Under the pieces are notes generated by a model. That model was not told the origin of the DNA. It saw only the letters and a program-made list of their open reading frames with translations, and searched no databases. Of a stretch of DNA of 64,000 nt, positions 12,973 to 30,277 are shown piece by piece. This DNA comes from the human T2T-CHM13v2.0 reference genome, Homo sapiens, in NCBI RefSeq assembly GCF_009914755.1, contig NC_060939.1. The stretch is one strand, 5' to 3'. The position numbers and the translations under genes were made by a program. Position 1 is the stretch's first letter. The number at the start of each line of letters is the position of its first letter.

Positions 12973-15503
12973 CTGAGTCTCCCTCTCCCTCTCCCTCTCC
13001 CCCTCCCCCTCCCCCTCCCTCTCCCTCCACGGTCTCCCTCTGATGCCGAGCCAAAGCTGGACGGTACTGCTGCCATCTCGGCTCACTGCAACCTCCCTGC
13101 CTGATTCTCCTGCCTCAGCCTGCCGAGTGCCTGCGATTGCAGGCGCGCGCCGCCACGCCTGACTGGTTTTCGTTTTTTTTTGGTGGAGACGGGGTTTCGC
13201 TGTGTTGGCCGGGCTGGTCTCCAGCTCCTAACCGCGAGTGATCCGCCAGCCTCGGCCTCCCGAGGTGCTGGGATTGCAGATGGAGTCTCGTTCACTCAGT
13301 GCTCAATGGTGCCCAGGCTGGAGTGCAGTGGCGTGATCTCGGCTCGCTACAACCACCTCCCAGCCGCCTGCCTTGGCCTCCCAAAGAGCCCAGATTGCAG
13401 CCTCTGCCCGGCCGCCACCCCGTCTGGGAAGTGAGGAGCGTCTCTGCCTGGCCGCCCATCGTCTGGGATATGAGGAGCCCCTCTGCCTGGCTGCCCAGTC
13501 TGGAAAGTGAGGAGCGCCTCTTCCCCGCCGCCATCCCATCTAGGAAGTGAGGAGCATCTCTGCGCGGCCGCCCATCGTCTGAGATGTGGGGAGCACCTCT
13601 GCCCCACCGCCCTGTCTGGGATGTGAGGAGCGCCTCTGCCCGGCCGCGACCCTGTCTGGGAGATGAGGAGCGTCTCTGCCCGGCCGCTCCGTCTGAGAAG
13701 TGAGGAAACCCTCTGCCTGGCAACCGCCCCGTCTGAGAAGTGAGGAGCCCCTCCGTCCGGCAACCACCCCGTCTGGGAAGTGAGGAGCGTCTCCGCCCGG
13801 CAGCCACCCCGTCCGGGAGGGAGGTGGGGGGGGTCAGCCCCCCGCCCGGCCAGCCGCCCCGTCCGGGAGGTGAGGGGCTCCTCTGCCCGGCCGCCCCTAC
13901 TGGGAAGTGAGGAGCCCCTCTGCCCGGCCAGCCGCCCCGTCCGGGAGGGAGGCGGGGGGGGGGGGGGGGGTCGGCCAGCCGCCCCGTCCGGGAGGGAGGT
14001 GGGGGGGTCAGCCCCCCGCCCGGCCGGCCGCCCCGTCCGGGAGGTGAGGGGCGCCTCTGCCCGGCCGCCCCTACTGGGAAGTGAGGACCCCTCTGCCCGG
14101 CCAGCCGCCCCGTCCGGGAGGGAGGTGGGGGGGTCAGCCCCCCGCCCGGCCAGCCGCCCAGTCCGGGAGGGAGGTGGGGGGTCAGCCCCCCGCCCGGCCA
14201 GCCGCCCCGTCCGGGAGGGGGGAGGGGGGATCAGCCCCCCGCCTGGCCAGCCGCCCCATCCGGGAGGGAGGTGGGGGGGTCAGCCCCCCGCCCGGCCAGC
14301 CGCCCCGTCCGGGAGGGGGGAGGGGGGGTCAGCCCCCCGTCCGGCCAGCCGCCCCGTCCGGGAGGGAGGTGGGGGGGGTCAGCCCCCCGCCCGGCCAGCC
14401 GCCCCGTCCGGGAGGGAGGTGGGGGGATCAGCCCCCCGCCCGGCCAGCCGCCCCGTCCGGGAGGTGAGGGGCGCCTCTGCCCGGCCGCCCCTACTGGAAA
14501 GTGAGGAGCCCCTCTGCCCGGCCAGCCGCCCGGTCCGGGAGGGAGGCGGGGGGGGGTCGGCCAGCCGCCCCGTCCGGGAGGGAGGTGGGGGGGGGGGTCA
14601 GCCCCCCTTCCGGCCGGCCGCCCCGTCCGGGAGGTGAGGGGCGCCTCTGCCCGGCCGCCCCTACTAGGAAGTGAGGACCCCTCTGCCCGGCCAGCCGCCC
14701 CGTCCGGGAGGGAGGTGGGGGGGACAGCCCCCCGCCCGGCCAGCCGCCCTATCCAGGAGGTGAGGGGCGCCTCTGCCCGGCCGCCCCTACTGGGAAGTGA
14801 GGAGCCGCTCTGCCTGGCCAGCCGCCCCGTCCGGGAGGGTGGTGGGGGGTCAGCCCCCGCCCGGCCAGCCGCCCCATCCGGGAGGTGAGGGGCGCTTCTG
14901 CCCGGCCGCCCCTACTGGGAAGTGAGGAGCCCCTCTGCCTGGCCACGACCCCGTCTGGGAGGTGTGCCCAGCGGCTCATTGGGGATGGGCCATGATGACA
15001 ATGGCGGTTTTGTGGAATAGAAAGGCGGGAAGGGTGGGGAAAAAATTGAGAAATCGGATGGTTGCCGGGTCTGTGTGGATAGAAGTAGACATGGGAGACT
15101 TTTCATTTTGTTCTGTACTAAGAAAAATTCTTCTGCCTTGGGATCCTGTTGATCTGTGACCTTATCCCCAACCCTGTGCTCTCTGAAACATGTGCTGCGT
15201 CCACTCAGGGTTAAATGGATTAAGGGCGGTGCAAGATGTGCTTTGTTAAACAGATGCTTGAAGGCAGCATGCTGGTTAAGAGTCATCACCACTCCCTAAT
15301 CTTAAGTACCCAGGGACACAAACACTGCGGGAGGCCGCAGGGTCCTCTGCCTAGGAAAACCAGAGACCTTTGTTCACTTGTTTATCTGCTGACCTTCCCT
15401 CCACTATTGTCCTATGACCCTGCCAAATCCCCCTCTGCGAGAAACACCCAAGAATGATCAATAAAAAAAAAAATAAAATAAAATAAAATAAAATAAAATA
15501 AAA
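12973..15503 (+). mobile_element. Full-length SVA retrotransposon (young D-F-like), antisense to ANXA2 in intron 3
   Basis: (CCCTCT)n hexamer, Alu-like domain, GC-rich VNTR (~13390-14960), SINE-R, AATAAA and (TAAAA)n tail. Perfect TSD AGAAATCCAATTGCTG at 12957-12972 and 15504-15519. Confidence 0.97.
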
Positions 15504-15534
15504 AGAAATCCAATTGCTGGATATGAGATTCAGC

Positions 15535-15910
15535 TTCAAAGATGCTTATTTCAGCATTGTATACAATATTGAAAAGTAAAGTAGAAAAAACACCTGTGTC
15601 CAATAAGAGGCTGATTAAATGTTCTTTTTTCCATGTAATGGGATACTATGCAGTCATTTAAAATGATGGCATGGAAGTATTAATTAATGTTGGAAAATAT
15701 CCACAATATAGGTACTGTTAAGTAAAAAAAAAAAAAGGTTGCAAAGCAGTATGCTCTGTATACTCTCATTTTTGTAAAATGTGTATGCACGTATAAGAAA
15801 ATACCTAGAAGTCTCTATATCAAAATTTTAATAGTGATCATGTGAGTGATGGGATTATGTATAATCTTTCTTTTGATTATCTGTACTTTCAAAGTTCACC
15901 ATAATGACCA
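15535..15910 (+). mobile_element. Old L1 (L1ME-like) 3' fragment next to the SVA
   Basis: Contains gggatactatgcagtcatttaaaatgat and related L1M 3'-UTR motifs. Confidence 0.55.
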
Positions 15911-18900
15911 TAAATGGGTTTTTTTTAATACCCGGTGAGTGGCAGGCAGTCATTGCTCCAGAATCGACTAGTGACTTCACTTCAAGAGAGTCCCTGTATA
16001 ACTCTAAATACTTCAGTTAGAAAACACAGTATGCATGGTAATTAGGAATTACATCTATATAATTCTCTTCAGTTTCCAAACATCGTAAGACAAGCTATGT
16101 TATTTAATCCTCATAACAACCAAGAGGGGATAGCTATTTCTCTTTCTATTTCATAAGTGGAGGCTCTAAAGCTCAGAGGGACTGCAGCCCATCCCTGTAT
16201 GTGTTATGTGTGTAAACATTTGTCCTACTGGGGTCTCAGCTTCTATATCTGCACAAGAAGGGGGCTTGAACAATGACCCCCCACTTCTGCTTCCACAAAA
16301 CACTAATGGATATAATTAAGCTTTAACTTATATTTTGTTTCATTTAGGAACGGGCAGAAGAGATTGATTCAAAGACTCTAAAATACCCACAAAGTGGACG
16401 TGTGCCTGGGCTGCTGTGCATTCATGCCTACCCACACATGCGTGTTCGCTTGCTCGTTTGCTCCCTTGCTCTGTCTCTCAAAATTCTATGGCTCTAGGTT
16501 TCTATTAGGAAAACCACTTGTTTATTAACGTGTTTTGCCTTGTACTTAATTTTATTACCCACAACTGAAAATACTGAAGAACCATCACAAAATACAATTC
16601 TATCCTCTAACCTCAATTCTAATACTTCCAGAAGTCAACCTAGGGGCCGCTGGCCTGAAGGCATACCAAGAACAGTGACCCATAAAAAAGTATTCTCTCT
16701 TAAAAACAAATGCAAAGTCTGTGTTTGGGTCAGAATGTGGTTCTTGGCCCCACCTGCATTAAAATCACGTGAAGCACTTATTAAAAACACAGTCCCTTAG
16801 GCTGCACCTGAGAACTACTAAGGAAGGCTCTGTAGAACTTGGGACCGAGGAAGCAGCACTTCAACAAACTCCCTAGTAATTCCTTATTTGAGAATCACCA
16901 ACAGAAATGGATAACCATGGTGGGAAATGGAAATGTCTCTAGAAATCTACCTATCTAAAAGACTTCTATGTCACTTCTACCAACTGCTTTTGTGAGGTAC
17001 AGGATCGAGTACAATTTTAGGAAAAGAAGTGCTTACTTTTGTCCAAACAACCCAGGTAAGAAGTAACATCTAAAGAGTTCACTCCACAAGCCGCAATGCA
17101 GTCCCACACTCTTAGCCAACGACACAGCTTTTTGCCCTTCTTTCCATAGCAGCTAAGTGTCCAGCCAGCACTGATAGAATTTAATCCAATTATCGGAGAT
17201 CCCCATAAAGAGCCTGGGTGGTTAACGTGAATCTTACCTAGGAGGCAGCAACAACCATAGTCTAAAGGAATCAAAATGTATTTTACCTAAATTATTTACC
17301 AAGCAAACAGCCAGCTGAGATGCAGTATCTAACATGCTGGGACTTTACAAGTGAACAGCCGTAATGCATTGCACAAGTGCTAATGCCACTAACTACAAAG
17401 AAATGAAATGGAGGCTGTTTCTGCCAGCAGAAGATTCCCCTCCTACCGCCCTGCCCAAGAACCTCACCTGCATCAGCTATTTCTCCCATACCACTGTCTG
17501 CATGTTTCAAATTGAACTGGAAAGAGGAAAAAATCATGGAGCCAGGATCAACTGCCTAGTCAAAGCCACTTAAGTCATGTCCTATATTGTAATACCAAAT
17601 ACATGCATCTGCAAATGGGATTGAACCATCTTATCTTTAGAACACTGCTGCTTCCTCTTGCCCTGCTATTGTAATTGGTGAGGCCATTTATTCCTGTGAA
17701 AAATTGTTCAGTACAGGTTGAGGTTGCAAGGGTCATCCGGTTACTCACCATTTCTACCCAGGATGCAACTGAAGGACTCGGACGGAACCTCGAATACCTA
17801 TGTCAGCACAATCATCATCAACAATGCACAACCAGTGCCAGGACACCAGAAAAGCTCTAAATTGAATATAGTGCCAGAGGCCCAGGAGATGGGGCTCTGC
17901 CTCCCTTGATTTATACTCTCTGACCTCTCGTGTTCCAGTGCTTAAGGAAGTGTTTGCTGGGCGGAAGGGCACAGGGTCTAAAGAAACTGTGTGGGTGGGG
18001 CGAGGGCATAAAGAAGAAACAGAAAACCTGAATATCACTTTCTTTTCCATCCTCTTCCTCGTGTGTCTGATATGAGTGATCACAAAGTCATCTAAGCAAA
18101 GGCTCTCCCCAAAGAAGAGTGATGTGGATAGGGTGACCCCACAGAATATGGGTGAGAACATGAATTCTGTGATCCAGGCAGATTTTTTACAATTTTTTTT
18201 CAAAACTAACAGAAGTTACAGTTTTCCAACATTGGTGAGGAACCAAGACACAAATGTATTTGGCTCCTGATAAGAAACAGCACAAGGAAATCTTTAAGCA
18301 TTTACTCGTTGAACGAAAATAGCCAACTAATCTAATTAGCTAACTACAACAATATTTTCAACACCTGGATCGTGGGCACCCCCAGAGGTCAGTCACTGTT
18401 CCAAATGCCAGTCAGTCCGAAGCAATAGCTTTGCCAAGGGAATGCCACGGGGAGGTGTTGCTGACAGCAAGGTGCCAGTAGAAACCTGGGGGCCATGGGT
18501 CCCATAAATCATTCACCATATTTTTCAAGCACAGAGAATATTTGCAGTTTAAAATGATGGCTGGATCCAAAACCACAAAATCAGCCTCCTGGAGTTTCCT
18601 CCTCCTCTCTGCGGGTGGAAACCCCAAGTCAGCTCAAGCGCCTGGCATTCCATGGAAAATGTGTGTCTTTATTGTCCATGGCAAGGCACCAACAGCCGTT
18701 CTGAACAGGATGCTGACTCACATCTGCCGAGACACACTGACTGCACAAAGAAAATGGATTTCATTTGTGTTTGATGAAGGTCTCGGGAGAGTGGGGGTTG
18801 ACTTGGAAAACAAAGGAAAACTGTCCAGATCCTCTCCTTACCTAGATTATGGGGAAGACCACGACTTGACTTGACTAAGATTACTGAGCATACCAGTATC

Positions 18901-19027
18901 AAAGCTGAGAAGAAATCATCTTTACTAAAAGAAGGTCAGAGGCATGCCACAAAGAGAGGACAATGCCACAGAGTTATGGGTGTGTACACGTGGACGTAGT
19001 TCATTTATTATAATAATAGTAACCTTT

Positions 19028-19330
<303 letters not shown>

Positions 19331-19850
19331 AACCTTTTACTGAGTACCTACTATGTTACAGGCATTTTTATCAGATGCCCATATTCTATCACGTACTTCT
19401 CACCACACCCATCTGAGGTGGGTGCCATTGTCATCCCGGTTGTACTAATGAGGAAACCAATGCTCATAGAAGGCAGAGACTCACTCAAGGTCACACAAGC
19501 AAGACACTTGCAGGGCTGAGATTCAAACCGGGACTAAAGACCCTGGCTCACTGCACTAGGCAACTCTGCCTCCTGTGATAGAAAATTATGCAAAACTTGA
19601 AAATAAAGCAAGAGGAAGACAGCATATCCTCCAGGTATGTGCTGGAGCACTATCTCACAGGCCCAAAGACTCCTGCTCAAGGGGCCTGCTCTTACCTGAC
19701 GTGCTACTTACTACTGATTTGGGCATACACTCTGTGGGGTTACATGTTAACTTGTAGATTTTGGTCCAGTAGAAAAGATAACCCCAAAGGTTGTGGCTTC
19801 ACTACCCTATAGGACATTAATGGTCTTGTATTCAGCTCAACAATCTTTCC

Positions 19851-20117
19851 TTTTTTTTTTTTTTTTTTTTAAACAGGGTCTCACTCTGTTGACCAGGCTG
19901 GAGTACAGTGGTACAACCATGGCTCACTGTAGCCTCGACCTCCTGGGCCCAAATGATCCTCCTGCCTCAACCTCCTGAGTAGCTGGAAGCACAGGCACTC
20001 ACCACCAACACCCAGCTAATTATTAAAAATATTTTTAGGGATGAGGTCTCCCTTTGTTGCCCAGGCCCTCCCAAAGTGCTGGGATTACAGACAAGAGCCA
20101 CCACACCCAGCCTGGCC
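19851..20117 (-). mobile_element. AluJ-like
   Basis: Poly(T) followed by reverse Alu; flanked by CAACAATCT. Confidence 0.85.
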
Positions 20118-22064
20118 CAACAATCTCATTCCAACATTCTTTTCTCAACACTTACCAACATCCAGTATCTCAAATTCCCTCTGAACCAGCCTTACCTCAG
20201 TGCATTAAAAGTTTAGTATATGTTTATCCTATGAGTCAAGTTTGTACCTTTTTAAAATTATACTTTGATACTTTTTCATACCACACTCCACCATCTAGCT
20301 CCTACAAAGGATATGGTACAATAATGTGTCAACACGTGTAGAGAACTGGGCTGAAATTTTTACATACAAATGCACTTACATTTGGTAATCTGTAGATAAT
20401 GATTTGCCACCTGGTAATAATGCATGGCCACTAAAGGGATAACCCAGTTGAGGTTTTCTTCAGCAGAAAGAGCTAGAAGACTCTCTTCTGAGGAGAGACA
20501 TGAATAACTCAGCAAAGGGAGGAAGTCCTTCCAAACAAGCCTGTTAGGCCAGCCAGTCATCCATCTAGTGAGAGAGATTTTTAGGGAGAGAAAAGCTCCC
20601 CTCTAGCCATAGGACTACCCAAAAGCACCTTCAGCCAGGGTGCTGGCTGGCCCGGAACCCCTGCTGTAAAAGTTGCCCCTCTGGGTCATCCAGCACAAGC
20701 GAGCACTGTGTCTCCAGAGCGTCTCTCATCAAGACAGGACACCCAGCAGGCTGACAGATGCCAGGGGAGGCCTCTGGATAAGTAGCAGCCACAATATAGT
20801 GCTTTGGAAACTCCATGGGACTCAGACCTGTGAGATCCTGGGGCACATTAGTTCTCTTCCTAGGCCTAGGTATCTCACCCCTATAGAACAGAGATAATGA
20901 TAATACTTATTTTACCAGGATGCAGAAAAGACTGGCTGAGTTAACGACTAGAAACACATCTACTGCCTTCATTCAGCTTCTCTGTCACAAGCCTGGCCCC
21001 TGCCTGCATTTGAATTTCTGCCTGTGAAATATGGGGCAAAGAAAGATAGAGAACATTTTTGCCATTGGCACACATGGATGAGTAGTCCAGTTACATGACA
21101 AACTCTGGCAGCTGCCAAGAGATGGGAGAGAAAGTAGGCATTGCACAGGGTGAAATGAGGCAGGGGAGTTGGGTGCCTCTCCCAAGTCTGGCACAGCTGG
21201 GGCACACAGTCTCAACTCGGGGAAAGTGTAGTTTAGCTAAGTGCCTAAGAAGTGGTTTTGGTCCAAAAATCAGATTTCTTCTATTTCCATTCTGCTTTGA
21301 TCTCACTTCAGCTGAGTTCCTTAGAAAGGATTTAAGGTATCATCGACTTGGTAATCTCACCGGCTGCTTTAATAATCTAGAACCTTGTCTGCCTTCCATG
21401 CAGAATTATATTTCTGAAACAAGCTACAAGACCAGCAGGAAAACACAAAGTACACCACTGCTCAAGATTCAAATCAAATCGTCAGTGAAGGAACATGCAT
21501 AAAATGCAAGCCCTGTATTGTGCTCTGCTACTCCGTCAGCCTCATGGGACAGAAAATTAAAAAATGTGAACAGATGCGAGAGAAACCAACGCAGCCACCC
21601 TTAACTCACTTGATATTGGAGAATTTTCTTGGCATTGCTGACACCAGATTAGAATCTGGTTACTGCCATTGTCCCTGGGTGAAACTGGTATTTGGATTTC
21701 CTCAGGGAAAAGAGCTAACTGTTTTTTAAAAAAAGAAAGAGCTGAAGAGAGGCAGGTGATGAAAGCTGATGCTTACAATTAGAAAGGCACCAAGGACTCC
21801 TTTTCCAGTGTTTGATAGCTACGTGGCTCAGGTCTGGCACCTACATAGATACATAGACAAATATCACTACAAAGAAAATCTGTGCTGGCAGAGTCACAGG
21901 GTGGCTGTGACTCAGCACTGGCCTCTTTGTTCCCAGCACTGCTGTAAGATGAGAAGTCAGTCTAAAGTAAACTTGAACACAGAGAGAAAGGCCTCAGCAA
22001 CTGGGAAGGGTCCGTTCCCTCCCGTTCCCTTCCAGGAGGGTGAGAAGGCCCTGGGCTACGTGAG

Positions 22065-23857
<1,793 letters not shown>

Positions 23858-24610
23858 GAACAGCCTTCGTGACTCCTGCAGCCATGCCCTGGCCATGGCA
23901 AGCAGTGCCCCCAAACAGGTCTCTGACCAGCTCTACCCTCCTCGCCATCATCCCACTCCAGGCCTGCTCCTGTGCACCATCCGTGTACTCGACAGCAGCT
24001 GATTAAGCCTCCTCCAAGGTGGCCTGCTCCCAGCTCTTCTTCCTGAGAGCACACAGACCACAGGGAAATCAATGGAACATTACATGGAGTGGGTAGCGTC
24101 CCGGCACACTCACACACACGTGTGTACACACGGCTACCCCCGTCTAGGAGAGAAAGAGGGCCAGTCATCGTCACATGGTCCTCTGGCTTTTGTTTCTATC
24201 AATACTTGAGGTTTATACCGTGTCCTTTGATGTCAAGGAAACACCAACTACTTAGTATTGTCTCTTCCCGATGAAGGGTTAGAGGTGGGAGTGGGGCCAA
24301 GGTGTGGTGTAAGCTTCTTAATTACACTTAAGGCAAAAGGCATTCTAAAAAAAGAAGGTAAGATCTTAATTAGCTCATTTTTAAGTGGTTTTAGTTATCC
24401 AGTATCTAATAATATCAAGGAGAAGGAGGAAGGAACAAAAGGGTTGTTATCCTTTCCAACTAATGACTTCATTTTTGTTTTTAATTAAGTTTACTGCCTT
24501 CCACTATGAAAGTAATACAAGTCATCATAGAAAATTTGCAAAATACAGAAATACAGAATATACTGAAAGCCCAAGAAAGGAAAAGGAGCAATTGCCCACA
24601 ATTCCATATA

Positions 24611-24911
24611 CAGGCATACCTCGGAGATACTACTGGTTCGGTTCCAGACCATCACAATAAAGCAAATATAGCAATAATGCAAGTCACACAATTTGGTTTC
24701 CCAATGCATATAAAAGTGTGATTATATTATATTAAGTGTGTAATAGCATTATGTCTAAAAAACACATAACTAAATTTAAAAAATACTTTTATTTCTAAAA
24801 AATGCTGGCACAGAGACAAAGTGAATAGCATTGCCACAAATCTTCAATTTGTAAAAACCATAATATCTACACAGTGCAGTAAAGGAAGGACCATGAAGTG
24901 ACGTACGTCTG
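24611..24911. mobile_element. MER44A-like (Tigger-derived) DNA transposon
   Basis: TA|CAGGCATACCTCGGAGATA...ttccagaccatcacaataaagc start, with a degenerate reverse TIR at the end. Confidence 0.8.
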
Positions 24912-24963
24912 TTTCCATTGCTAATGCCTTTTATTTTTTCTTTTTTGATTAAAAGAAATCATA

Positions 24964-25274
24964 GGCCAGGCCTATGATTTCACACCTGTAATCCCAGCAC
25001 TTTCGGAGGCCAAGACAGGTGGATCACATGAGGTCAGGAGTTCGAGACGAGCCTGGCCAACATGGTTAAACCCTGTCTCTACTAAAAATACAAAAATTAG
25101 CCAGGTGCGGTGGTGCATGCCTGTGGTCCCAGCTACTCAAGAGGCTGAAACAGGAGAATTGCTTGAACCCAGGAGGGTTCTGCCAGGAGGCAGAGGTTGC
25201 AGTGAGTCAAGATCATGCCACTGCACCCCAGCCTGGGCAACAGAGTGAGACTCCGCCTCAAAAAGAAAAAAAAA
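24964..25274 (+). mobile_element. AluSx-like
   Basis: Full dimer with a short internal insertion. Confidence 0.9.
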
Positions 25275-25831
25275 ATGGTTGTGGTTGTGATCACATAGCA
25301 TATACCATCCCATTTCTATTTCTTGATGCAACTGACACATTTAAGGTGAATGGATGTTAAAATGAGTGTTAGGGAAGTTACTGTGGTGATGACTGCACAA
25401 CTCTGCAAATACACTACTAAACACACTGAAATGTACACTTTATATAGGCAAATCGTATGGCAGATTAACTGTATCTCAATAAAGATGTTGAAAATTATTG
25501 ACAAACTTTATTTTTCCTATCTACATTCTGCAGACATTCTATGTAATACAGAGAGTTACACATTATCTATGTAATATAGTTTTACTTATTTACTTAATGA
25601 TTATAAGGAAGTATACCTCAAGACATACTTCCCAACTAAAAGATTTATCTGGTCTTTCACTACCATAACCAATGCTAATATTAGCACTGAGCTCTTACGA
25701 ATATCATATTCTTTCTTCGCAATAGTTCCTAAAAGGATTTAGGGTTTTAATAATGCCAACAATCTAGAAATTATTTTAAAGGACCAATGGACTTGCAAAA
25801 CCTACTTACTCTCTAAAATCACTAAGCATCA

Positions 25832-26470
<639 letters not shown>

Positions 26471-27678
26471 AGTGGACCTAAGTGAAACTCACTGAACATT
26501 AAGTCTGGGGGAAAAAAAAGGAGATGGAGAATCTAAAGCTAGACCACAAATATGAGACTTAACAGAAGTCAGTAAGACCACAGATGAACAATGTTTTTCA
26601 TATCTGAAAATAATTCAAGGCAATGAAAAAAATCCAAGGCAATGAAAAAAATCCATTCCTCACAGGTGAGTGCTACAACATTATGGTGCCTAAGAACACA
26701 GGCCTAGGGGTGGACAGAGGTGTGTTCAAATCCCAGTTTGATCCAAGGCCAAAAGACCTCAGGCATACTAATCCTGACTTGTATCATCCAAGACCTGGGG
26801 ATGACAGAACACTACATCAGAGGTTACTTTGAAGTTCATCTAAGATGAATGTTCCTGAAGTGCCTGGTGCAGTATCTGCCCACAACGAGCATTTTATAAA
26901 TAGTTGCAATGATGATAATGTCAGCTGCTTTTGATCAAACTGGAATGTCGGAATCTAAATCTTAGCCCTCCAGACGTTTCTGTCTAAAAACTACAGTATT
27001 TTTCTACTAACTCCAAAAGGCCTGAAGGTATTTTTATTACCATGAGAGTTTCAGCTGTGACCAGAGTTCATTTGCGCAATCTTTACATTCCAGTGCACTA
27101 AGTGCTTTCTCACGCAGGGACAAAAGAAGTCTTTGTCCCATGCTTGTGAAAAGCACCATCTTTGCTAGATGAGTTAACTGCTAAACTTAGGGCTGCTGCA
27201 ATGACATGCTGGGAAACCACATGAATCTAGGCACATCCAAATAGTGAAATAGGATGGGTTTTAGGAAAGCAAACCACATGGATGTGTATGTGCATGTGTG
27301 TGTGCATGTGCTTGTACGTGTGTGTGTTTTAAGGTAACATATTTTGAGTACCATCTATATGCCAGGCATCGTGCTAAATGCTTCATACTTTACAACAATC
27401 CCGTGAGGTGGGAACTTTGATTAGCACCCCTTTATAGGCAAGGAAACTCAGTCTTAGCAAAGTTCCGTGTTTTCCCCAAGTCGGGTGGCTAATGAGTGAG
27501 TTGTGGAGCCAGCATTTGAACCTGGGCTCACATACGCTCTCATCCACTATGCTCCACTGACTGGAACTGGCTGTAGTGAAATAAGCCCTGCAGATTTTAG
27601 TTTAATTTTCTGAGTAGTAACTTTTGGCAAGAATGGTCATTTAAATGCACCAAAAAAAAAAAAAAAAGAAAAAAGATT

Positions 27679-27983
<305 letters not shown>

Positions 27984-29144
27984 GATTTTTTTTTTAAAGG
28001 TCTAATTTGGATGCTTCATTATTCTGCCCTCAGCTGTGCAGACAGTCATCTGGGGGGTGGTCCACAGCAACTGCAGAACATAAGGCTTCCCCAAGGCAGA
28101 TGATGCAAATAAATCCTCACATCTTGTTAGAACCATAGAACGTTAAGCGGGTTTTTCTACTCTACTTCCTGTCTCTGGAAACAAGGTCACCAGATTCTAC
28201 ATGGTTTTAGGAAAGGTGACCATGTAATGTATCCTCCAAAATAAGACAGTTCTGAGAGTGAAAGGTGCACTATTAGTAAATACGCAGGCATAAACCAGGA
28301 CGTCATCCTAGTTATAGGTTCCCAGGTCAGCCTGGTTGAGGTTTCTCAGTCTTTCAACGAACCGTATGTGAACTATATAAGTGTGTCAGTAAGTTAAAAC
28401 GCTGTACATAGAAGAGAAAAATGTGACATGGCTCTTCACCAGGGGCACGAACCAGCAGCAGCTCTAATTGTGCTGGGTCACGTCTGCATCCCAATCTGGC
28501 CTCATGGTGAAAGGAAGTGCTTTATCCAAGGGGGGAAAAGTGGAGAATCACAAAAGTCACCACGAGAGCTGCAATATTTTTCAGGGATTCAGGGGATGGG
28601 ACAACCCCAAGGATTGCTTAATTAATATAAGCCCAGAAAGTCTGAACATCCTATTTTGTAGACCCAGAAAACAATATAATGACCATAAGAAGCTCTTGCT
28701 CAACCCTAACCAGTTAGCACTTTATTTGCTTTATTTCAAGAGGAAGGCTTTTACGCCTCCTGGTCTTCTCTTACTCATCCTAGAACTTGAGGAAATACAC
28801 TCATTCTGACAGCTCTTCTAATTCCAGCTCCAGGCCTAAGGAGCAGCAGAACTTACCGGGGTTTAAAAAAAACAAAAAAAGTCTGAATTTTTCACTCTCT
28901 AGATCAATCTAAGAGCAATGCAGTAAGATTTTCCCAGCAAATGTAATTAAATTAAAGGGGACTTGGAACAAAAAATGCCCTTAGGGACCACTATGACCAA
29001 CTTCTTCCTTGCAGAAGAGGGACTGAAGCCTCAAAGTGAAGAGCTGCACCCAAAAGCATACCCCTAGGACCAGATCCGGCTCCCAGACTGATTCCTTTTA
29101 ACCATTACTTGGTTAAAATACTATCTCATGCTGTACATCTCTCC

Positions 29145-29350
29145 AAAGAGAAGAAACGGGGGGTGGGGGAGGAAAGAATGGAAGGGAGGGAGGAAAGGAA
29201 AGAAGGGAGGGGAGGGAGGGAGGGAGGGAGGAAGGAAGGAAGAGCAGGAAGAAGGGAGAAAGAGAAAGAGGGAGAGAAGGAAGAAAGGGAGAAGGGAGGG
29301 AAGGAGAAAAGGAAAAAGAAAGAAAGGAAGGAGGGAAGGAAGGAAAGGAG
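29145..29350. repeat. Polypurine (GGAA/GGGA-rich) low-complexity tract
   Basis: ~200 bp almost entirely G/A on the + strand. Confidence 0.9.
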
Positions 29351-29494
29351 GCATGGGTTGAGCTAGGTCTGGATCTACTCCATTAAAGCTCGATGACAAT
29401 TTCAAATCGCCAACGTATGGCGATTTGAGGGAGAATAAAGAGACAACCAAAAATGTCTCAGTAAGACCCTGACAAGAAGAGGACAAATGTATCA

Positions 29495-29605
<111 letters not shown>

Positions 29606-30277
29606 TTAAAAGATAAACATACTCAAATGACACACATTTAAAATCCTCTTGTTGAAATAACAATGCCTAATATGTTTTCCTATTGTTTCTTTTAACAATT
29701 CAGATCATTCTCATACTAGGTAACTAGGTAGGTATTAACACACCATCACACTTCACGCAAGCAATTTCATTTTTTCTAATAAGAATTCTTCAAAGGCTCA
29801 GCTAGTTTAGAATATGCTGTCTCAATTTCAACTTCTCATCTTACTTTTAGTGAGAGATCAAAAGTAGACAATGCAAAGCTGGAGACCTGAAGCCAGCATT
29901 TACTCAGGATGGCTCTGAAGACCATTAAACTGGGCTGGCAACAATTCGAAATAAGCTGAAAATGTGGAAATGCCTCAAGGACAAGGGTGTTTAGCTAAGT
30001 TTCTGCTACAGGTACATGAATTTCTACTGGGCCAGTGTTGCTGAGCTTACAATTCAGATAAATGAGGGAAGCAGCTTCTCCCACCTCTTTACTTTGGTCA
30101 CCACTGTGGCACCAAGGTGGTCTGGCCAGACGGCCCACATCCTCCTTGTGTTTCCCCCCCTCTCCTCTGTATCCTTCCCTCTGCCTTTGTTAATACCATC
30201 CCTTGTGCCTACCACCCTCCACTCTTCCTAAGATTTCTTATTGCCTTCTAAACCATACCCTCTTCCTTTCCCAATGC

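Noticed and set aside
13083-15603. Many long ORFs (up to 285 aa, G/P/R/A-rich) on both strands
   Set aside because: All lie within the SVA Alu-like, VNTR or SINE-R domains; GC-rich repeats lack stop codons by composition.
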